IMG/VR virus record: IMGVR_UViG_3300036937_000041
Span: 26,369-90,368 of that record
Source of the DNA: a virus
DNA: 64,000 nt
Direction: 5' to 3' (one strand)
The notes under the pieces are model-generated. The model was not told where the DNA came from, did no database searches, and saw only the letters and a program-made list of their open reading frames with translations. The translations under genes and the position numbers were made by a program. Positions 57,102-64,000 of this stretch are shown here, in pieces (position 1 is the stretch's first letter; each line of letters starts with the position of its first letter).

Positions 57102-59758
57102 CAGCTTCCTCCTTGGGTAACCGTAGAATCAGGGGAGCTGCCCGCCGTTCCCCCAATATGTCGGTAGATAACCTGTCTGATCAACGTCGCTCCATTATAG
57201 ATCTTGAGCGTGTCAACATCTCCGCTGTAGGTGGTAACCGATCGGGCACCCACGGGCACGCCCAGGAAGATGCCCAGCGAGTCGAGTTCGCGCATGATCC
57301 CCGTCGTATCCGCTTTGAACACATTCTCATTGGTTCCGCTTATGAAGTAGGCATAGACTCCGGCGGGCAACGACCGCACTGAGTCGAGAACGATGTTCAG
57401 GCTATCCTGGGAGGCCAGCCCACTCACATCGGCCATAAAATTGTGCTTATTCACGTCGGCGATCGCCTGGACAACAGAATCGAGTTCGGCCTGATATTGG
57501 CCGAGAGAATCGGCGCACAGACCAATATTCGTATACAATTCGGATAAGAAGGACCCGCCTATTAGATCGCCGGATGTTCTGGCCAGCAGATAGTCGACTA
57601 TCTGGGTGGCGGTCGGCCGCTGGGCCAGCGTTGAATCTTTTACGCGAAACAGCGTGTCGCCCGCGCTGTTGGCCGGGTTGACGGTCACCGTCTCGGTCAA
57701 ACCCCTGGTCACCGGCTTAGCCCACGTTTTGGCCGCCACAGCCGCGTCCTCAAGGGCGGCCAACACCGAATCGCGTTGTCCTGCCGACCAGGTGGCGGTC
57801 GCCCCACCAGCGAGGTTGTTGCGCAACCACTGGCCCAGGCCGGAGGTGTCAACCCCCGATGTATCGATGTTCATCCACACGTTCGCTATATCGGCCCAGA
57901 AAGATGAATCGGCCGAGATGGATAGCAGTTCAGCGAACGTGCCCCCGCCTATGTTACCGGCGGTATCTCGGCCGATTGTTTTAGAGTATATCGATGCGGT
58001 GGCCGCCGCGGCCAGCAGCGAGTCAAACCGAGTATCGTAGACGTTTATAGAGTCGAGTACCCGCTGGAGATTGTGGTAGATGGTCGAAAAATATGTAGCG
58101 GTTCCACCCGTGTCCGACACTAGACGGCCAAACAGCGAGTCAAGGATATCGGGGATGGTCAGCCCGGAGGCCGCACCCTGGAATGAAAGGCTGTCCTTCT
58201 GCCGGGCTAGGGTGTCCCCCGCGCTATTGGCCGGGCTGGCGATCACCGGGTCGACAGTCGGATCCCATCCGTCAAGGTTGACCACCTCGCTCTGGAGGGC
58301 GAGCAGTGAGGTGCTGGCCCTGAACGTCGCTGAATCTTTTACGCGCGCTAGCGTATCACCATCTGAATTTATGGGCAGGATGGTCACCGGGGTCGCCATC
58401 GGGTCAAAGTTATTCATCGCGTCCAATGTTTGTAGGGTTCCCGCGATGGTAAACCCATCTTTATCGGTCAGGGCCTTGACCGAACTGCTACCCCACGCCT
58501 TTGTTCGAATAGCCGCGTCGGCCAGGGCGGCCAGCACCGAGTCACGCTGTCCCGAGGTCCACGTCGCAGTGGCACCGCCAGACAGGTTGTTGATCAGCCA
58601 CTGACCCAACCCCGAGCTGTCAACCCCACTGGTGTCTATGTTCATCCAAACATTTGCTATATCGGCCCAAAATGAACTGTCGGCCGCTATCGATAACAAG
58701 TCTGCGAATGTGCCGGGGCTCACACTCCCCGACGTATCGGCGCCCAACGTTTTGCTGAACACCGATGCAGCAGTAGCGGCGGCCAACAAAGAGTCAAAAC
58801 GAGGACCATACACATCTATCGAGTCAAGTACATGCCGTAGATTGTGATACAATTCCGCTAAATAGGTTCCGCTCACAGTATCCGAGGACAGCCGGTTAAA
58901 GAATGTATCGATGATAGCGGTCGCAGACTCTCCGGTACCGCCCACAGATGCATAGCGGAGTAGCTGTGCAAAATAAGAATCGGCGGTGGTATCCCCCGGC
59001 TGTACGTTCATCAACGAGTCGATCAACGCTTGAACATCGACCGTCGAATCGGCGAGCAGGACGGCCAGCGTGTCGTACACCTGGGCCAAGGTCAGCCCAG
59101 ATGCGGCCCCCTGATAGTGCAGAGAATCTTGGAGCACGGAATCGCGGGCCAGCCCGGCTATCTGTGCCTTCGCCGCGTCCGATACCGCTCTTTGTATAGA
59201 GTCGAGTACCGTTTGATACGCATATAGAGAGTCGAGGACTCGACTTAAAGAGTCTCTGAGTCCAGCATATTTCTCATCAACTGTATACATCGAATCCCGG
59301 CTCTCGATAATACTCGCCATATATACATTAAAATCGGCGCCGGTGAGCAGCTGAAACTCGCCGCTGAACGGCGTGGCCAACCGGTGTCCGCGGCTGTCCA
59401 CAGCTGTGTCGAGGACGATCAACGAGTAGGAGTAGACTCCCTGCACCCCGGATCCATCTATGTCGGCCACCGCAGATCGCCAAACATACTGGGAATCAGC
59501 CGAATAAGCCTGGACGATGATCTGCGAACCATCGTAGGCCGAGCTGTCTGTGTACGCGATTGTTCCCGATGGGTAGAACACGATCAGAAAAATCGAATCG
59601 ACGTCGGCCAGCGGCTCGACATTACCGGCCACGTTCAGCTTGTAGAAGGGGATACTCAGACTGTCGGCGGGCAGACTGCCGCTGTTGTTCACCACCCCGT
59701 AGGCGCCAGCGGACGTGGCCAGCAGTAGTATGCTGATCAGCAAAATAATGTATTTCAT
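57101..59758 (-). CDS. 885-aa Sec-signal protein with long internal repeats
   Basis: MKYIILLISILLLATSAGA signal; near-identical blocks of about 100 aa (FDSLLAAAT..ADSSFWADIANVWMNIDTSGVD..GQRDSVLAAL) roughly 257 aa apart. Confidence 0.85.
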   Translation of the reverse strand: MKYIILLISILLLATSAGAYGVVNNSGSLPADSLSIPFYKLNVAGNVEPLADVDSIFLIVFYPSGTIAYTDSSAYDGSQIIVQAYSADSQYVWRSAVADIDGSGVQGVYSYSLIVLDTAVDSRGHRLATPFSGEFQLLTGADFNVYMASIIESRDSMYTVDEKYAGLRDSLSRVLDSLYAYQTVLDSIQRAVSDAAKAQIAGLARDSVLQDSLHYQGAASGLTLAQVYDTLAVLLADSTVDVQALIDSLMNVQPGDTTADSYFAQLLRYASVGGTGESATAIIDTFFNRLSSDTVSGTYLAELYHNLRHVLDSIDVYGPRFDSLLAAATAASVFSKTLGADTSGSVSPGTFADLLSIAADSSFWADIANVWMNIDTSGVDSSGLGQWLINNLSGGATATWTSGQRDSVLAALADAAIRTKAWGSSSVKALTDKDGFTIAGTLQTLDAMNNFDPMATPVTILPINSDGDTLARVKDSATFRASTSLLALQSEVVNLDGWDPTVDPVIASPANSAGDTLARQKDSLSFQGAASGLTIPDILDSLFGRLVSDTGGTATYFSTIYHNLQRVLDSINVYDTRFDSLLAAAATASIYSKTIGRDTAGNIGGGTFAELLSISADSSFWADIANVWMNIDTSGVDTSGLGQWLRNNLAGGATATWSAGQRDSVLAALEDAAVAAKTWAKPVTRGLTETVTVNPANSAGDTLFRVKDSTLAQRPTATQIVDYLLARTSGDLIGGSFLSELYTNIGLCADSLGQYQAELDSVVQAIADVNKHNFMADVSGLASQDSLNIVLDSVRSLPAGVYAYFISGTNENVFKADTTGIMRELDSLGIFLGVPVGARSVTTYSGDVDTLKIYNGATLIRQVIYRHIGGTAGSSPDSTVTQGGS

Positions 59759-61845
59759 TTCTTTATCCCTTTCAATTTATGTCGCTGAGGCCCGGGCGCC
59801 GCGGTAGCCTGGGTAGTAAACTCAAGCACAGTATTGGCCGTGTCGGTCATCGTACTGTCTTCAAATATCGTCCGTAGATAGTATGTGGTCGAGGGGAGAA
59901 GACCGGACAGGGTGTGCGTCTGGGGATCCCCGGGGCTGGCCACCGAATCATATCGGACCGTAGGGGGATTGTCGGTGTCCAACAGGTACCAAACGTAGAC
60001 GAGTGGGCCTTCCGCGTAGCTGATCGAGCTGCTGACCGCCGCTGTATCCTGGCCGACGGCCAGCGTGTCATCGACTGGGTCAAGCGAATCGTATGCGGTG
60101 AACGATACGACAGCACTCGTGTCATAGGTTGGGTATTGATCGATTGCGATAGTCTGAATGTAATAGGTGTAGCCGGGGACGAGCCCGGAGAATGCGCTCG
60201 CCTGCGGGTTAGCCGGATCGTATATGGTGTCCACCGGGGTGACCGGCGGGTTTGAACCGTCAATGTGAAAAATCAGGCTGTCGACCGCTGTATAGATATT
60301 TGAGAACGAAGAGGATAGATCGACGGTGTATCGTGTGTGACTGACAATGCTTGTAACATGAGAAAAAGTCGTATCCGGTTCACCGATAGCCCCGATATAT
60401 GACGATCCGAGTCCGTCTACTGTTGTCCCGCCCGTCCTAATGAACGCGGGGGTCGAGTCGGTCCAGCTAAAATCTCCATTGGCCGGATCGGTCAAGTTGG
60501 GATCGATATACTGAGAATTGGCATCCTGCGACGACGCACTTTGCCAAGCGGCCAGATTTTTCAACCCCGACCAGTTCCCAACATGACTTGATGATCCATA
60601 AAAGCAGTTGTTGTCTAAAACACTATTGGACGTGTTGAAATACGAAGTGTTCCCGATGTCCATATAGGCTCCGGATGGCGTTCCCATCCAGATGTTGTTG
60701 AAAATGTACTGATTGTCGGACACGTTATCGGCGGCGGGTGGGTCTGGCGTGCCACCAGAGTTCATCGCGGCTGTCGAAATGACATAGCCACGATTCCCGA
60801 TGTCGTAGACCGTGTTGTTGAAGAAGTAGATCGTATCGACATTCCACGTATAGGAATATCCCTCCCCGGATTCTACTATCCCCTCATTTGGGTTGATAAA
60901 TATGTTGCCGTAGATAATATATTGGCCGCAGGTTACAAAACCTGAGTAATTGTAAGTCCCGCCGGTCGAATAAGTCCCTGTCCTGATGGCCCAAGCAGAA
61001 TGGCCGGTCACGGTGTCCTTAAACGTACAGTTTCGCAACGTGTCTTGATAGTTTAATGTTTTCCAACCGATCCAAGCGTACATTCCCCTGTCGTCATTGA
61101 TAAAGCAACTGTCCCAGCATGACTGCTGTGTTACATAGGAGTGCCACCCATCGAGATTATTCCCAGAGCCAACGGACATGGCCGTCCATGCGGAACCGCC
61201 CGAACTTGATTTCATTGGCCCAGCCGCCTCACAACTGACAAAGCGAATGTATCTTTGACCGCCGGAAAACATACCGAGGGTATAAGCTCCGGCGTTTGAA
61301 TCGCCACTTGTAGCGCAGGCCGATGACGATTTACAGTCGTGGAAGGTGATGTGCTGTGCGCGAGAGATCAACACTCCCTTATAACTATACGCAAATTCCA
61401 GATTATCGAAGGTGACGTAAGATAGGTCATAACCACAGAAGCAGGCGCATCGTAGGGTAGTCCCGGCGGTCAATACTACCGTACTGTCAAATCCGAGAAT
61501 AAGCGGGCGGCTACGACCGTTTGCGGGTAAGCCGATATAATATACGCGGTGGGACTCGTCAGCTCCGCTTGTCTGTGGAGCGAGTACGGCATAGGTGTGC
61601 GGTGTGTTCCCGTAATTACACATGAAATTGTCATTAGCATCTTCGCCCGTCAACCCGTACACCCCACCGTATATGTAGCAGGTGTCACCAGAACTAAGGC
61701 CCGTGCTCGCCTTATACATAGTCGCCCAAGCATTTGCAGAATCCTCTCCTGAATTACCATCGTTTCCTCCATTACGGACATAGTAGGTTGTCGCATTGGC
61801 GGTTACCGCAGATAGCAGAACGAGCATAAACAGGAGTTTCTTCAT
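59755..61845 (-). CDS. Sec-signal parallel beta-helix (pectin-lyase-like) protein with two FN3-like domains
   Basis: MKKLLFMLVLLSAVTANA then TTYYVRNGGNDGNSG..AWAT; YGNIF, FNNT, FNNI, DP.LTDPANGDF; SGLVPGYTYY and SGLLPSTTYY. Confidence 0.85.
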   Translation of the reverse strand: MKKLLFMLVLLSAVTANATTYYVRNGGNDGNSGEDSANAWATMYKASTGLSSGDTCYIYGGVYGLTGEDANDNFMCNYGNTPHTYAVLAPQTSGADESHRVYYIGLPANGRSRPLILGFDSTVVLTAGTTLRCACFCGYDLSYVTFDNLEFAYSYKGVLISRAQHITFHDCKSSSACATSGDSNAGAYTLGMFSGGQRYIRFVSCEAAGPMKSSSGGSAWTAMSVGSGNNLDGWHSYVTQQSCWDSCFINDDRGMYAWIGWKTLNYQDTLRNCTFKDTVTGHSAWAIRTGTYSTGGTYNYSGFVTCGQYIIYGNIFINPNEGIVESGEGYSYTWNVDTIYFFNNTVYDIGNRGYVISTAAMNSGGTPDPPAADNVSDNQYIFNNIWMGTPSGAYMDIGNTSYFNTSNSVLDNNCFYGSSSHVGNWSGLKNLAAWQSASSQDANSQYIDPNLTDPANGDFSWTDSTPAFIRTGGTTVDGLGSSYIGAIGEPDTTFSHVTSIVSHTRYTVDLSSSFSNIYTAVDSLIFHIDGSNPPVTPVDTIYDPANPQASAFSGLVPGYTYYIQTIAIDQYPTYDTSAVVSFTAYDSLDPVDDTLAVGQDTAAVSSSISYAEGPLVYVWYLLDTDNPPTVRYDSVASPGDPQTHTLSGLLPSTTYYLRTIFEDSTMTDTANTVLEFTTQATAAPGPQRHKLKGIKK

Positions 61846-61849
61846 CGGA

Positions 61850-62449
61850 TTACCTCTTCCGCAATATGACCTTCCGTCGCGCTCCCGAACCACCGAGCGA
61901 AGCCGCGTACACAAGATAACCTCGTGGCGTGTCGGCTACGCCATCTTTGGCAACCGGAGCAGGGGCAACGGCTTCCAATTCGCCAGCATCGGTGAACGTG
62001 CAGCGATAGGTATCGTTTGAAGTCAGCACTCCCAAATATCCCCCGGCCCCTGACGCAGCTCTAAGCTGAACGGCAAAATAATATGTAGTACCGCCAGTGA
62101 GCGTTAATGTCCCTCCGGCGGCGGCTTGCATTGCCACAAGTCGTAAGCTGGTGGAGCTTCCGCTTATCGCTACCATGCTTGAATATCCGAGGAGCGTTCC
62201 CACGGTGTCAAGCGTCGTCACCGTGTAAATCGCATAGTAGAACGTGTCCGTGGTGTAATTCGGATTGATGTAAAGGCCCATGCTGTCAATATCCTGATTC
62301 CCGGTCCCAGCCATCGTGAACTGCCAAGCAAACACCTGGTCTACGGACATGCTTCTCGAATTGTCTGCCGATGTCGAGAAGTCAAGATGATCCGCAAGGG
62401 CTGTCGAGGCGATCATCGCCAAGCCAACGCATATAAGCAATCGCTTCAT
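61850..62449 (-). CDS. Sec-signal beta-sandwich protein
   Basis: MKRLLICVGLAMIASTALA signal; LTGGTTYYFAV; basic C-terminus. Confidence 0.8.
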   Translation of the reverse strand: MKRLLICVGLAMIASTALADHLDFSTSADNSRSMSVDQVFAWQFTMAGTGNQDIDSMGLYINPNYTTDTFYYAIYTVTTLDTVGTLLGYSSMVAISGSSTSLRLVAMQAAAGGTLTLTGGTTYYFAVQLRAASGAGGYLGVLTSNDTYRCTFTDAGELEAVAPAPVAKDGVADTPRGYLVYAASLGGSGARRKVILRKR

Positions 62450-62868
62450 GGCCGGACCCCCGTTCCATATAGTTTGTCCAGTTGTTTGACCAGCTGTTCG
62501 AGCACCTGCGTGTTTTTTATCTGATTGGTATATATTAGATCGAGTTTCTCATCCCGCTTTTCCGCTTTTGATTCCTGTTCTGCCTGCTTTTCCTTGACCT
62601 GCCGGATGGTCGAGGCCGTAACCGCGACCTGCGTTTTGAGCTCCTTGCCCTCAGAGGTAGGGAAATACTTATTATCGCTGATCTGCCGTTCGTTGAGCAC
62701 CGCCGCATGAAGGTTGTCGTCCACCGCTTTGAGCACCGCCGCCTTGTCGCTGAAAAGAAGACTGGCCAACGCGAGTAAAAAACTAAGCCCGGTGAGCACC
62801 AGCATACCGATGCCGATCACTTTTGAGAACTCTATGCCGCCCCGTTCGGTTGTCCTGATGTGGTCCAT
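62446..62868 (-). CDS. Single-TM coiled-coil protein (holin-like or membrane anchor)
   Basis: One hydrophobic helix followed by a coiled coil. Confidence 0.6.
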   Translation of the reverse strand: MDHIRTTERGGIEFSKVIGIGMLVLTGLSFLLALASLLFSDKAAVLKAVDDNLHAAVLNERQISDNKYFPTSEGKELKTQVAVTASTIRQVKEKQAEQESKAEKRDEKLDLIYTNQIKNTQVLEQLVKQLDKLYGTGVRP

Positions 62869-62883
62869 GGTCGTTAACCCCTT

Positions 62884-63531
62884 CTAGTCTTTCATTCCTA
62901 AATTTTTCAAAAAGTAGTCACCGGCCATCTGGGCCATGCGATCTATGGTGCTCTTGGTCACGGTCATATGCGGTCGCGCGGGCAACTTCACCTGCTTTTT
63001 CAAGAAAAACAGAGGTTCAAGCTCACCATCCTTTTTACGGTAGAGAGATCCGCCGATAAAAAATGCATCCTCATAATCGCGGGGCCGACCGCGCACCCCC
63101 GGGTAGGGGAGGGCCAGAAACTGACCGTGCTTGGGCTTGATCGTGACCCCAAAATGATGTGCGGCAGATATTGCGGACGGCGTTCCGTAGGTCATGCTAA
63201 ACGGAGTGATCTCCCTGACCTTGCCCATCGAGGCGCGGAGCGCCCCGGTCTCCTGCAAGATGGCGCCCACCCGCTTGGTCGACGGCCGACCGGCCAACCG
63301 CGCTGCCGCGGTATAGTCCGATATGGGATGCCAGGCCGTCCGCATGTCCCCCGGAGCGGCGGTAAATATGTCGGGGGGCGCCGACTGTAGCCTGAAGTTC
63401 AACATCACATCCTGGTTGACCACCCCGTAGTACCGGGTCATCAACGTCGAACAGTTGATCCCCCGCTGACGCATTTCCTTCAGCGTGTTCATCAGCTCCC
63501 GGTCGTCTACTCTTACACTAGCGGCCGCCAT
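62884..63531 (-). CDS. Virion morphogenesis/tail completion protein (Mu gpG/P2 gpS-like)
   Basis: NF..Q..P..W.P.S..T, ILQETGALRAS, AAHHFG, LPARP. Confidence 0.85.
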   Translation of the reverse strand: MAAASVRVDDRELMNTLKEMRQRGINCSTLMTRYYGVVNQDVMLNFRLQSAPPDIFTAAPGDMRTAWHPISDYTAAARLAGRPSTKRVGAILQETGALRASMGKVREITPFSMTYGTPSAISAAHHFGVTIKPKHGQFLALPYPGVRGRPRDYEDAFFIGGSLYRKKDGELEPLFFLKKQVKLPARPHMTVTKSTIDRMAQMAGDYFLKNLGMKD

Positions 63532-64000
63532 TATATGTCCATCGGATTAGAGTCATCTGGATAGTCTCCATATACAGTTACATCCCGACCATGACGATCT
63601 ACCGAGTACTCAACCGCCTCATACGGATCATCATCTTCTGCATCGGGCAGGCTGGTCAACGACACCTGCGATTTCGGGTCGACTAGCTTGGCCAGCAGGT
63701 CCATCGCCTGTTTGCGCAACGACCGTGCCCACCCCGCCTCATCCGACTCCGAGTTAGTGTACAGCGAGTTGATTAACGTCGAGGCGGCGAGCTGGGCGCT
63801 GATCACCCTGAGCTGTCGGCGAACAATATAGGTCCCGAAATACACTTCGTCGCCAATGGACGCACCGGCCCCAGGAAGATCCCAGTCCTCTGCTTTTATC
63901 TGGATGTCGCTGTTTGTCGACGTAAAATCAGCGGCGGTGCTCCCGCTCCCCTGTGCCCCGCTAATCTGCGCAACAACATCGTAGGCGGTCGCGCTCGTAA
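63531..64000 (-). CDS. Head-tail adaptor-like protein, 5' part outside the window
   Basis: Frame open to the window edge; LR.ISAQLAA..L..A..LL..L helical motif; upstream of the tail completion gene. Confidence 0.6.
   Translation of the reverse strand, partial: TSATAYDVVAQISGAQGSGSTAADFTSTNSDIQIKAEDWDLPGAGASIGDEVYFGTYIVRRQLRVISAQLAASTLINSLYTNSESDEAGWARSLRKQAMDLLAKLVDPKSQVSLTSLPDAEDDDPYEAVEYSVDRHGRDVTVYGDYPDDSNPMDI

Noticed and set aside
61539-61547. GCGTATATT promoter copy in the structural region
   Set aside because: Lies inside a CDS, far from any start codon; probably chance.
57101-61845. Diversity-generating retroelement target/template repeats
   Set aside because: Repeats are in-frame protein repeats with mixed substitutions, not adenine-specific, and no reverse transcriptase is in the window.
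1-64000. Integrase, endolysin, capsid/portal and host genes
   Set aside because: None recognised in this window, so lifestyle and host cannot be assigned.

Overview
The window is a 64 kb slice of a large tailed dsDNA bacteriophage, probably siphovirus-like because a tail tube and tape measure are present and no sheath is seen. Essentially all real genes are on the minus strand. In transcription order (right to left): a neck/tail module at 64000-44710, interrupted by three large Sec-signal-peptide proteins and containing a -1 tail-chaperone frameshift. Next are sigma70-promoted early genes (44600-42100), then an almost self-sufficient replication/recombination block at 42000-23477: SF2 helicase, AT-rich origin candidate, initiator-like protein, DnaC-like loader, DnaB, sigma factor, beta clamp, PolA, UvsY-like protein, SSB, RecA, SbcD/SbcC and RuvC-like resolvase. 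After that come a tandem double-GroES, a TerS-like gene, many small accessory ORFs, a Ro60/TROVE gene with three Y RNAs (one a tRNA-mimic YrlA), an ATPase-only terminase and a partial DnaG. Three orphan DNA methyltransferases are scattered through these blocks. A GCGTATAAT promoter motif recurs about 16 times, often giving leaderless mRNAs. The most notable unexplained elements are two intergenic structured RNA candidates (882-1152 and 21304-21493), the Ro60/three-Y-RNA cassette and the secreted-protein trio inside the virion operon. All calls come from motif recognition by eye; no searches were run.
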